From positions 139,369 through 203,368 of IMG/VR virus record IMGVR_UViG_3300030117_007612: a stretch of DNA of 64,000 bases, one strand, 5' to 3'. Positions 46,675-53,932 of this stretch are shown here, in pieces. Source of the DNA: a virus. Lineage: Duplodnaviria; Caudoviricetes. Position 1 is the stretch's first letter. Each line of letters starts with the position of its first letter. The position numbers and the translations under genes were made by a program. The notes under the pieces are model-generated. The model searched no databases, was not told where the DNA came from, and saw nothing but the letters and a program-made list of their open reading frames with translations.

Positions 46675-47016
46675 ATGGAAAACAATGATCCAAAAACAAC
46701 AGAGGAAGATTCGCCCGAAGCTGCCGAACTTAAACCAAAACCACCACCAAAATTGGCCCCGCGCGGCATTCGTACATTTACCGTGTGTCGCCAAAGCGAC
46801 GAGACGGGTGTGTCCGGTGAGGGCGTGGTAATCGAAGGAGTTGAATTGGCTTCAGGTCACTGTATCATTCACTGGCTATATCCACCACCGAGAGGAGGTA
46901 TTGCAATTTTTGATTCTCTCGGTGATTTCCTGAAAGTTCACGTCCTCCCCCATCCCGATAATAAAACAATATTCACATTTGAAGATGGCGAGCAAATTAC
47001 ATATCCAACCAACTAA
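46675..47016 (+). CDS. Hypothetical protein
   Basis: 113 aa; RTF...R..DETGVSG.G.V.EGV motif. Confidence 0.7.
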   Translation: MENNDPKTTEEDSPEAAELKPKPPPKLAPRGIRTFTVCRQSDETGVSGEGVVIEGVELASGHCIIHWLYPPPRGGIAIFDSLGDFLKVHVLPHPDNKTIFTFEDGEQITYPTN

Positions 47017-47019
47017 TTA
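47012..47019 (+). promoter_or_regulatory. Putative late promoter motif ACTAATTA
   Basis: Upstream of nucleotidyltransferase gene. Confidence 0.55.
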
Positions 47020-47035
47020 CTACAGAGGTTAGAAT

Positions 47036-47965
47036 ATGAACGATGTCATATGGGATGATTTCTTAACAACAATTGATGAAATATCCAAATATCAAAAGAG
47101 GGTGAGAAAGGGACATAAAAAAAAGAAAGCCATGTATGTATCTGGTGGTAAACAAAAAAATACCCCACCTTTTACAAAGCGAGCTAGCACAAGTAGATCT
47201 AAGAGCGCGCCCGGCGGTTTTGGGGCGCTTGAGGAAGTTGCGCCTGAAGACGTGACCGTCGACGGATTTGACACGCAGGACGAACTGGCGCCATCTCTGT
47301 GGGATAATAAAAAGCTACTCCCTGAAGTTAGGGAAAGGCTCTTACAGATAGCACAAGACTTTATTGATAGCCTTGAAATGGGAATAAATATAATCGATGT
47401 GAGACTAACTGGCTCATTAGCCAACTATAACTGGTCAAAATATTCTGATGTTGATTTACACATTGTTGTTGACTTTGCGACAATTGATGATAACACTGAA
47501 ATCGTGAAGGGCTTCTTTGACGCTAAAAGAGTTAATTGGAACTACTCGCATGAGATTATGATTGATCAATATGAAGTTGAAATATATGTTGAAGATGATG
47601 ATGAAGATCATATCTCAACCGGCATCTATTCGGTCACCAACGACAAGTGGACGATTGAGCCCGGCCCTAGCGAACAGATTTTTGAAATTGACGAGGGAAA
47701 TGTTAAGAAAAAAGCAGCATCGATAATGACGCAGATCGAATTTGCCGAAGATGAGATGGAGGAAGATCCCAAAAAAGCATACGAAATGTCAGACCGACTG
47801 AAAGAGAAGATCAGAAACATGCGCGCTAGCGGATTGAAAACTTCACAGGGTCAGTATTCAATAGAAAACGTAGCCTTCAAGGTTCTGAGACGCACAGACT
47901 ACCTTCAGAGATTGTCTGATTTAAAAACAAAGTCGTACGATAAAATGATGTCGATGGAGCAATGA
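47036..47965 (+). CDS. Pol-beta-superfamily nucleotidyltransferase
   Basis: LTGSLANYNWSKYSDVDLHIVVD, VEIYVED. Confidence 0.8.
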   Translation: MNDVIWDDFLTTIDEISKYQKRVRKGHKKKKAMYVSGGKQKNTPPFTKRASTSRSKSAPGGFGALEEVAPEDVTVDGFDTQDELAPSLWDNKKLLPEVRERLLQIAQDFIDSLEMGINIIDVRLTGSLANYNWSKYSDVDLHIVVDFATIDDNTEIVKGFFDAKRVNWNYSHEIMIDQYEVEIYVEDDDEDHISTGIYSVTNDKWTIEPGPSEQIFEIDEGNVKKKAASIMTQIEFAEDEMEEDPKKAYEMSDRLKEKIRNMRASGLKTSQGQYSIENVAFKVLRRTDYLQRLSDLKTKSYDKMMSMEQ

Positions 47966-48189
47966 GCAAATTTGATCAATTTAAGTTGTTTTGCACGATT
48001 CAATTGCAAAATATCGATCAGCGCGAAATTCAACTCCGCAGAGAACTCCAAGAACTAAACATCCAGAGGGAATATCTTGTTGAATTCTTACAAGACTTAC
48101 AAAGCAATTTCAGCCCTAGCTCGTCAGAATTTAGTGAAAGCGAGATCCAATTATTCAGAACTTTGTTGATAAAAACAGAAATAGAATAA
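47962..48189 (+). CDS. Hypothetical coiled-coil protein
   Basis: 75 aa, ATGA overlap. Confidence 0.55.
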   Translation: MSKFDQFKLFCTIQLQNIDQREIQLRRELQELNIQREYLVEFLQDLQSNFSPSSSEFSESEIQLFRTLLIKTEIE

Positions 48190-48196
48190 TTACTAT

Positions 48197-48436
48197 GTGT
48201 ACCAAAAGCAACCAAAGGTCGGCGATTTAATCAGATGGATAGTCGAATACACATCTTTTTTGGCAGGTACGTGTAGTTCTAACGTAAAACCCTACAACCC
48301 TGTCTATGAGTATGGAATTGTTCTCGATATATCATCTCAAGATCCCTGCTCTGTCATTGTCTCAATGTTAAGTTGTGGTCAACTGCATGTCCTCCATCAA
48401 ATACAAGACGGTTTTGAAATTTTAAGCGAATCTTGA
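48197..48436 (+). CDS. SH3/KOW-like small protein
   Basis: PKVGDLIRW...YGIVLDI...FEILSES. Confidence 0.6.
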   Translation: MYQKQPKVGDLIRWIVEYTSFLAGTCSSNVKPYNPVYEYGIVLDISSQDPCSVIVSMLSCGQLHVLHQIQDGFEILSES

Positions 48437-48457
48437 GACTCTCTCTGCACTTTTTAC

Positions 48458-48486
48458 TTGACTTGTCTAGATTCCGGTGCTATATT
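48458..48486 (+). promoter_or_regulatory. Sigma70-type promoter for tRNA cluster
   Basis: TTGACT-N17-TATATT, 8 nt before tRNA-Leu. Confidence 0.75.
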
Positions 48487-48494
48487 ATATGAAT

Positions 48495-48580
48495 GGCTGA
48501 ATGGTGGAATTGGTATACACATCAGACTTAAAATCTGACGCCCATGGGGCTTGCGGGTTCGAGTCCCGCTTCAGCTACCA
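48495..48580 (+). tRNA. trnL: tRNA-Leu(TAA)
   Basis: Acceptor GGCTGAA/TTCAGCT, anticodon arm TCAGA-CTTAAAA-TCTGA, long variable arm, TTCGA T-loop, encoded CCA. Confidence 0.95.
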
Positions 48581-48585
48581 TTTGC

Positions 48586-48660
48586 GGGTCAATAGCTCAA
48601 TGGTAGAGCACCGGGCTTTTAACCCGTAGGCTCTGGGTTCGAATCCCAGTTGACCCACCA
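48586..48660 (+). tRNA. trnK: tRNA-Lys(TTT)
   Basis: Acceptor GGGTCAA/TTGACCC, loop CTTTTAA, TTCGAAT T-loop, encoded CCA. Confidence 0.95.
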
Positions 48661-48677
48661 TCTTAAAAGGAGAAGAA

Positions 48678-48770
48678 ATGAGCAAACTTAAACAGTGGGC
48701 CATAAAAGTATTTGAATGGTTGCGGGGTTTTGAAAATCCTCGTGATCGATTCCGACGTGGGGATAAATGA
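48678..48770 (+). CDS. Small hypothetical protein (30 aa)
   Basis: AAGGAG SD; MSKLKQWAIKVFEWLRGFENPRDRFRRGDK; ATGA overlap with mgtC. Confidence 0.5.
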   Translation: MSKLKQWAIKVFEWLRGFENPRDRFRRGDK

Positions 48771-49447
48771 TTGACACGGCTGCATTTGGAGTTAATGCAT
48801 TGGTTGCGCTCGGATTGAGCGCAGCGGTTGGGATTGAGCGGGAAATTCACAGCCAGCCCGCAGGTCTTCGCACTCATATTATTCTTGGTATGGGTGCGTG
48901 CCTTGCATCGGCGCTATCAATATCGTTCTCCCACGACTTTTCATCGCCACAATTTCAGAGCGATCCGGCACGAATTGTTGCACAAGTCGTGAGCGGTGTT
49001 GGTTTTTTGGGCGCTGGAGCAATTATGCGTTTTGGCGTTAACGTCAAAGGAATCACCACTGCTTCATCACTGTGGACAACAGCCATTATTGGCATCGCAT
49101 GCGGCGCAGGCTATCACGCGGCCGCAACGATAATTACAGGATTTGTTCTGTTCGCATTGGAAGTTATTAGCCGACCCGTTCGTTGGCTCTTTAAGCCTAA
49201 AAGAGTGAGAGAGTTGAAGGTGCGGTTAAACGATCGCCCTCGTATCCTCAATGATTTGCGAACCATTCTGGAATCAAAGAAGGTTAAAATTATTTCAATC
49301 TCTACGCACATCAAAGATAAGAGAAAACTTGAACTTGATTTGATTATTCAGTTGCCAAGCGACTTGCAACTTGATACATTAATTAATGTTCTAAATACAA
49401 TCCAAGACGATGAATTTTCAATGTTTATCGGAAAAGAGGAAACATAG
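48767..49447 (+). CDS. mgtC: MgtC/SapB family membrane protein
   Basis: GIERE...PAGLRTH, DPARIVAQVVSGVGFLGAGAI, GITTASSLWTTA.IG.ACG. Confidence 0.92.
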   Translation: MIDTAAFGVNALVALGLSAAVGIEREIHSQPAGLRTHIILGMGACLASALSISFSHDFSSPQFQSDPARIVAQVVSGVGFLGAGAIMRFGVNVKGITTASSLWTTAIIGIACGAGYHAAATIITGFVLFALEVISRPVRWLFKPKRVRELKVRLNDRPRILNDLRTILESKKVKIISISTHIKDKRKLELDLIIQLPSDLQLDTLINVLNTIQDDEFSMFIGKEET

Positions 49448-49523
49448 GGCTCTTAGCTCAGTTGGTCAGAGCACCCGGCTCATAACCGGATGGTCCTCGG
49501 TTCAAGCCCGAGAGAGCCCACCA
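49447..49523 (+). tRNA. tRNA with CAT anticodon (Ile2-like, or elongator Met)
   Basis: Acceptor GGGCTCT/AGAGCCC, GGCTCATAACC anticodon arm typical of tRNA-Ile2, encoded CCA; G1 paired so not an initiator. Confidence 0.9.
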
Positions 49524-49529
49524 TTTATT

Positions 49530-49772
49530 ATGAAAAACAAACCCGGCGATATTATTTCGGTACGCTCATTTGCATTGGCTGATAGTGAGTATGTTCGCGT
49601 TAAACTTATTAAGCGAGTATTAAAGCCAAAAGATTTTTGGGGTGCTGATGGCTGGGATGCCCAAGTGATTCACAAAAAAGATGTTGATAAATTAATCAAG
49701 CATGGCGTACCTTATAAGAGGGGAGACAAGCCTTTCGTTTGGGTATTTGATTTTCAAATTGTAAAAAAATGA
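49530..49772 (+). CDS. Hypothetical protein, SH3-like
   Basis: KPGDII start; start set at ATG 49530 after the tRNA. Confidence 0.55.
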   Translation: MKNKPGDIISVRSFALADSEYVRVKLIKRVLKPKDFWGADGWDAQVIHKKDVDKLIKHGVPYKRGDKPFVWVFDFQIVKK

Positions 49773-49876
49773 TACTATCTGCTTGACAAAATCTTGCATT
49801 TTGTTATACTAGTTGAGTACGATATAGTTTCGTACGCAAGTCAAATTTATATAAATTAAATTAATAGGAGAATATA

Positions 49877-51025
49877 ATGTCTAGACTTAAACCACAATAT
49901 ACGTCCGCAGTGACAAAACAATACAAGCAAGCGACCGCTAAAAAGCGAGTTCGCTATACCGTCGATCAGAACATCAAGGACCATCAAGATGTTGTTGACG
50001 AATTTAACGAATGGAAGGCCAAGAAAGGCCCAACCGCTGTACCATCATTTGGTGGCATATACCATGCCAGTTATGTACCAACTCTCTTTGACATACGAAA
50101 AGCAGAGATCAGAGAGGACTGGGGCCAGCGCAACTGCCTGACCGATCGCACTCGCAAGCGCAAGATCATTGGGATCGCTAAGAAATTCGATCCGATGCAG
50201 TTCCAACCACTCGATATTGATTACATTTTAGATGAGGATGTTTTCATTATTCGTGATGGTGGTGGTCGAGCCACCGCAGCTTTTTTGAACAACGTGTTCA
50301 TGGTTCCAGCATCTATCAGGATTGTGAAGAGTGTTGATGAGAGTCGTAAGCTATTCAACGCCCAAGATAAGTTCAACGCTGCCATCTCATCATACGACAA
50401 GTTCCTTCAGCAGCTACTTGACAACAAACACTCGCGTCACAAGATGGCTTGCGACACGTGGAGCATCGCCAACTCAAGCGGATTCTGTTTGGATCATCTC
50501 AACAAGAGCGCCGAAACACCACTTGTCGAAGGAATATCAACACTACAGCGCGTTATTCGCACTGTCGGTGGAGATCACAAAGACGTTGCATGGGGCAAAA
50601 AGTCTGCGCCGAACATTTCGACCGCAATTGACTTGATTAAGGCTACCTTTCAGGGTATCGACGAGATTCCCGTCTCTGCTCTTGAAGCAATCACAGCCTT
50701 TATTCACGTTAGCAAAAATCGAATACCTAACGGCGAGGAAGGACTAGCTCGACTGAAGGAATTTATGGCGCTCATACGCGATAGTTCGCCTCAGTTAAGC
50801 AAGTTAAAGAACTGGTCAACTGAGTTGTTCTTTGATTCTTCAAATAACTATGCCACTTATGGTGCGGCTGCACTCATGGCAAAGTGGAACGAGGTATTCA
50901 AGAACAAGAACAAGGGACGCACCAATTCGTATCGTTACGTCAAATGGGATAGCGATGAAATTGAGATTATCAAATACAAGATCATGCAATTTTCACGTGA
51001 CGACTCACTTTATCCTGATGCATAA
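49877..51025 (+). CDS. Hypothetical protein with ParB-like N-terminal domain
   Basis: F.P....PL.I......F.IRDGGGRA.AA...VPA; preceded by TTGACA-N16-TATACT at 49783. Confidence 0.5.
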   Translation: MSRLKPQYTSAVTKQYKQATAKKRVRYTVDQNIKDHQDVVDEFNEWKAKKGPTAVPSFGGIYHASYVPTLFDIRKAEIREDWGQRNCLTDRTRKRKIIGIAKKFDPMQFQPLDIDYILDEDVFIIRDGGGRATAAFLNNVFMVPASIRIVKSVDESRKLFNAQDKFNAAISSYDKFLQQLLDNKHSRHKMACDTWSIANSSGFCLDHLNKSAETPLVEGISTLQRVIRTVGGDHKDVAWGKKSAPNISTAIDLIKATFQGIDEIPVSALEAITAFIHVSKNRIPNGEEGLARLKEFMALIRDSSPQLSKLKNWSTELFFDSSNNYATYGAAALMAKWNEVFKNKNKGRTNSYRYVKWDSDEIEIIKYKIMQFSRDDSLYPDA

Positions 51026-51038
51026 TCAACCCCCGAAT

Positions 51039-51120
51039 GGGGGTGTATCTCCGCCGTCTTATAAGCGGTGCATTGTGGAGTAACTGGTGCATGCGGGTTC
51101 AAGTCCCGTCGCCCCTACCA
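51039..51120 (+). tRNA. Non-canonical tRNA-like RNA, anticodon TAT, lacking a D-arm
   Basis: Acceptor GGGGGTG/CGCCCCT + A + CCA; GCCGT-CTTATAA-GCGGT; T arm GCGGG-TTCAAGT-CCCGT; only 7 nt between acceptor and anticodon stems; 23-nt extra arm. Confidence 0.75.
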
Positions 51121-51263
51121 TATCAGCATGTGTGATGCTGACCCTGCATGCAAGGGAAATTAATGGTTGCAAACATTGGAATCACTACGGAGGATACGGC
51201 ACTTCGGAAATCATGGGCAAGGAGACCCCTTGTCAACGCCGCAATTTACTACTGGAGAACAAG

Positions 51264-51533
51264 ATGAGTTATCACGATGGATATGATCCGCGCCGAGCAG
51301 GCAACAAAAGCAGTTCAAAAGAAAATTACTATGATGAATTAAACTTTTGGATCACTAAGTGTAAAAACCTACAGGCCCTCTTATCAGATGCTCGCGATCA
51401 CATTTTTGATTATGAAATGTTGCTGTCTGTATTTGTCAAGAGCTTGGAGGGGCATGAATTCGACGAGGAACATCACGAAGATGTTCAAAGGTTTTTAAGA
51501 ATTTTAGAACAAGAAATGGGAGAGAGGAAGTAA
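51264..51533 (+). CDS. Hypothetical protein
   Basis: Start set at ATG 51264 with GGAG SD. Confidence 0.65.
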   Translation: MSYHDGYDPRRAGNKSSSKENYYDELNFWITKCKNLQALLSDARDHIFDYEMLLSVFVKSLEGHEFDEEHHEDVQRFLRILEQEMGERK

Positions 51534-51544
51534 ATAAATTGCTC

Positions 51545-51589
51545 TTTACATTTTCTTGACTTGATTTTTTACCCATATGGTACTATATT
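51545..51589 (+). promoter_or_regulatory. Early promoter module, 11/5 variant
   Basis: TTTACA(51545), TTGACT(51556), TTGATT(51561)-N17-TATATT. Confidence 0.65.
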
Positions 51590-51609
51590 ATAAGCATGGA
51601 GGAAGAAAA

Positions 51610-51765
51610 ATGGATTTCAACTTAGGCGACCTTGTTCAAAATCAAACCGATGGATCTGTAGGCACCGTTGAGCTTGTTGACGGCACTGCCATATGGGTTC
51701 GATGGTTTTGTGGTAGAATTAATCATCACAATTTCTTTTCACTTAAAGTTTTGGAGACAGCATGA
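51610..51765 (+). CDS. SH3/KOW-like array protein 1
   Basis: FNLGDLV...GTV...VRW...LKVLE. Confidence 0.7.
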   Translation: MDFNLGDLVQNQTDGSVGTVELVDGTAIWVRWFCGRINHHNFFSLKVLETA

Positions 51766-52016
51766 AAATTTTAACTACGTTTATTCTTGTGGGCATGGTT
51801 GACTCATTTGATAAACAGTTTGCCAGTGTTGAAATCAACACTAACCCTGCCACCAACGGCGGCCCTGCGATGGCTGTCATGCCTGTCGCTGCTTTTCCGT
51901 GTGAAATTTATGAAGGTAAAGTATTTTACGTCGTAAAGTTGCATGAAGAGCAGGATGCCGTGGTGGTATGTCAGGAGGATGTCAAAAATGAGCCCAGACA
52001 TGGAGAAACTGATTGA
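51762..52016 (+). CDS. Hypothetical protein
   Basis: 84 aa, ATGA overlap. Confidence 0.6.
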   Translation: MKILTTFILVGMVDSFDKQFASVEINTNPATNGGPAMAVMPVAAFPCEIYEGKVFYVVKLHEEQDAVVVCQEDVKNEPRHGETD

Positions 52017-52161
52017 CGAATGCATAGAAGCACACTATAATATGATTAAGCACCATAGAAGACAGATTATTGATCTCTGTAGGCGCAAGGCTACTGAAGA
52101 TAGAATTTGCATGGAGTGTTTCGATTTTGATATTATCGGCAAAAAGAAGAGCGACAAATGA
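51988..52161 (+). CDS. Hypothetical protein
   Basis: AGGAGG SD; CxxC near C-terminus. Confidence 0.5.
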   Translation: MSPDMEKLIDECIEAHYNMIKHHRRQIIDLCRRKATEDRICMECFDFDIIGKKKSDK

Positions 52162-52331
52162 AAATTGGCGATTTGGTACACAGTATTCACGATCATTCGC
52201 ACCGTGGAATTGTGCTGCAAGTAAGCAGATCCGAAGAACTTGTTGTTCGTGTTAAATGGTTTGATGGCGACGAGACACTTGAATATGGTAGGATGCTAGA
52301 GCATGTTGAGGTTTTGAGTGAAAGTCGGTGA
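52158..52331 (+). CDS. SH3/KOW-like array protein 2
   Basis: MKIGDLV...GIV...VKW..G...VEVLSESR (manual translation). Confidence 0.75.
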   Translation: MKIGDLVHSIHDHSHRGIVLQVSRSEELVVRVKWFDGDETLEYGRMLEHVEVLSESR

Positions 52332-52476
52332 TTTAGTCAAGAATAAAGTCACGGGACAAATTTGTGTTGTCATTTGGGTATATGAAACATATGGTACACA
52401 TTTTAGACTATCCGGGTTTCCTTCCAATCAAGTATTCACATCGCGCCCATGGGAGATTATAAGTGAAGGTGGGTGA
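52318..52476 (+). CDS. SH3/KOW-like array protein 3
   Basis: GTG start; MKVGDLVKNK...WEIISEGG (manual translation). Confidence 0.75.
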   Translation: MKVGDLVKNKVTGQICVVIWVYETYGTHFRLSGFPSNQVFTSRPWEIISEGG

Positions 52477-52645
52477 TTTGGTGAGGGTAAGAAATGATCC
52501 TGATGGGTGGCTTGGCATTGGTATCGTTCTTGATATTCTTCCGACCACCAAACAAGTTAAAGTGCATTGGGTTGATGAGTGGGAAGAGTGTCCGATTGAT
52601 TGGAGCACCATGTGGACATTGGAGGTTATAAGTGAAAGTAGGTGA
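52463..52645 (+). CDS. SH3/KOW-like array protein 4
   Basis: MKVGDLV...GIGIV...VHW...LEVISESR. Confidence 0.8.
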   Translation: MKVGDLVRVRNDPDGWLGIGIVLDILPTTKQVKVHWVDEWEECPIDWSTMWTLEVISESR

Positions 52646-52835
52646 CATGGTAAAAATCCAAGACTTTGATTACGATATAAACCTGCACCAAACTGAGGCA
52701 GTGGCCCGTGGAATTATTTTAGAATTTTCGCGTACCGGCCACCACACGCTTTCGGCAAAAGTGGTTTTTAATGATGGACAAGTTAAGTGGTTTGATACAT
52801 CAAGATTGGAGGTTCTAAGTGAAGGTGGGCGATAA
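52632..52835 (+). CDS. SH3/KOW-like array protein 5
   Basis: MKVGDMV...GII...LEVLSEGGR. Confidence 0.8.
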   Translation: MKVGDMVKIQDFDYDINLHQTEAVARGIILEFSRTGHHTLSAKVVFNDGQVKWFDTSRLEVLSEGGR

Positions 52836-52998
52836 AGTCAGAATGTCTCCTATGTGGAAATATGACGAGGCAACCGGCGTGATTGAAAAAATTACAGCGG
52901 ATAATTATGTAATTGTCAAATGGGATGGGATCCCCGGCCAATGGCATTACACTGAGGAACAATCAAAAAGACTGGAGAACATAAATGAAACAGAATAA
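52819..52998 (+). CDS. SH3/KOW-like array protein 6
   Basis: MKVGDKV...GVI...VKWDG...LENINE (manual translation). Confidence 0.75.
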   Translation: MKVGDKVRMSPMWKYDEATGVIEKITADNYVIVKWDGIPGQWHYTEEQSKRLENINETE

Positions 52999-53110
52999 GA
53001 ATACTTTTAAGAATGACATTACCGTATCTGAGTGTATAGCTTTAAGTGTGAGCGTGGTGGGTATAATTTCGGCACTTGGATGTATTGCATTTGCACTGTG
53101 GAGCATCTAA
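52985..53110 (+). CDS. Small single-TM protein (41 aa)
   Basis: Manual translation MKQNKNTFKNDITVSECIALSVSVVGIISALGCIAFALWSI; GGAG SD. Confidence 0.5.
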   Translation: MKQNKNTFKNDITVSECIALSVSVVGIISALGCIAFALWSI

Positions 53111-53319
53111 TGCTAAGAATTGGAGATTTGGTGCGTTACGAGAACCACACAGCAGTTGTTTTAGAAATATATCAAAGCAAGTGTTGGCGTACTGACGTGT
53201 TTGGCTCGTCTATTAGTTGGGGCAATATCGATCCTGAGCCGTTTGCGCGCATTCTCGTTGACGGCATTTTGAGAGGCGTGCCACAGACAGATTTGGAGTT
53301 GATTGGTGAAGGTCGGTGA
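53110..53319 (+). CDS. SH3/KOW-like array protein 7
   Basis: MLRIGDLV...LELIGEGR; TAATG overlap. Confidence 0.75.
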   Translation: MLRIGDLVRYENHTAVVLEIYQSKCWRTDVFGSSISWGNIDPEPFARILVDGILRGVPQTDLELIGEGR

Positions 53320-53467
53320 TCTTGTGCGACCAAAGAGCTACCAATTCCGTGATCAGATCGGAATAGTGATTGCTGTGGGTTTTATGGGAGGTGTTGGCGT
53401 GCGCTTAATGTGCGGGAGAATAGCCACCTACAACAAGGGCTCACTGGTGATTATAAGCGAAGTATAG
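53306..53467 (+). CDS. SH3/KOW-like array protein 8
   Basis: MKVGDLV...GIVI...LVIISEV (manual translation). Confidence 0.75.
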   Translation: MKVGDLVRPKSYQFRDQIGIVIAVGFMGGVGVRLMCGRIATYNKGSLVIISEV

Positions 53468-53471
53468 CGGC

Positions 53472-53516
53472 TTGACATTTTTCTGACTTGACATATGGAT
53501 CCCGCGTGACTATATT
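53472..53516 (+). promoter_or_regulatory. Early promoter module, 11/5 variant
   Basis: TTGACA(53472), CTGACT(53483), TTGACA(53488)-N17-TATATT. Confidence 0.75.
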
Positions 53517-53522
53517 ATTATT

Positions 53523-53618
53523 ATGAACACAAAAATGAAAGGATTATTGATAACAATTGGCATGATGATTGCAATTTTTGCAGTCTCATTTGCTACCACT
53601 TGGATGCTCACAACATAA
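53523..53618 (+). CDS. Small single-TM peptide (31 aa)
   Basis: MNTKMKGLLITIGMMIAIFAVSFATTWMLTT, near-leaderless after the promoter. Confidence 0.45.
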   Translation: MNTKMKGLLITIGMMIAIFAVSFATTWMLTT

Positions 53619-53626
53619 GGAAAAAC

Positions 53627-53932
53627 ATGAAACTTGTCAGAGACAACATACCGCAATTAATCAGGGGCGACGGTAAATGGTGTATAACTCGCACTGTTTG
53701 CGATTCAAACGAACACATGCAGCACCTACGAGACAAAATTATTGAGGAAGCCGATGAATTTCTCGCTCACCCATGTCACGAAGAGGCAGCCGATATGCTT
53801 GAGGTCTTGTGGGCCTTTTGCGATCTCAATAATTTTAATTGGTCTGAGGTGGTTAGAGTTGCTGAAGACAAACGACAAACGCACGGCGGGTTTGCTCGTG
53901 GGATTGTGCTACAGGAAGTAGGTGAAAAATGA
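53627..53932 (+). CDS. MazG-like nucleoside triphosphate pyrophosphohydrolase
   Basis: MKLVRDNIP, KIIEEADE, EEAADMLEV, KRQ.HGGF..G. Confidence 0.85.
   Translation: MKLVRDNIPQLIRGDGKWCITRTVCDSNEHMQHLRDKIIEEADEFLAHPCHEEAADMLEVLWAFCDLNNFNWSEVVRVAEDKRQTHGGFARGIVLQEVGEK

Noticed and set aside
48575-48877. Minus-strand 100-aa ORF, and the 5' extensions of ORFs 49410 and 51087
   Set aside because: They overlap tRNA genes; starts were moved downstream of the RNA genes.
51039-51120. tmRNA or two-piece tmRNA fragment
   Set aside because: No G3-U70 pair, no tag ORF, and a proper 7-nt anticodon loop is present.
51125-51165. Hammerhead ribozyme (CTGA...GAAA)
   Set aside because: The core reads CTGACCC, lacking the required G8-A9 of CUGANGA.
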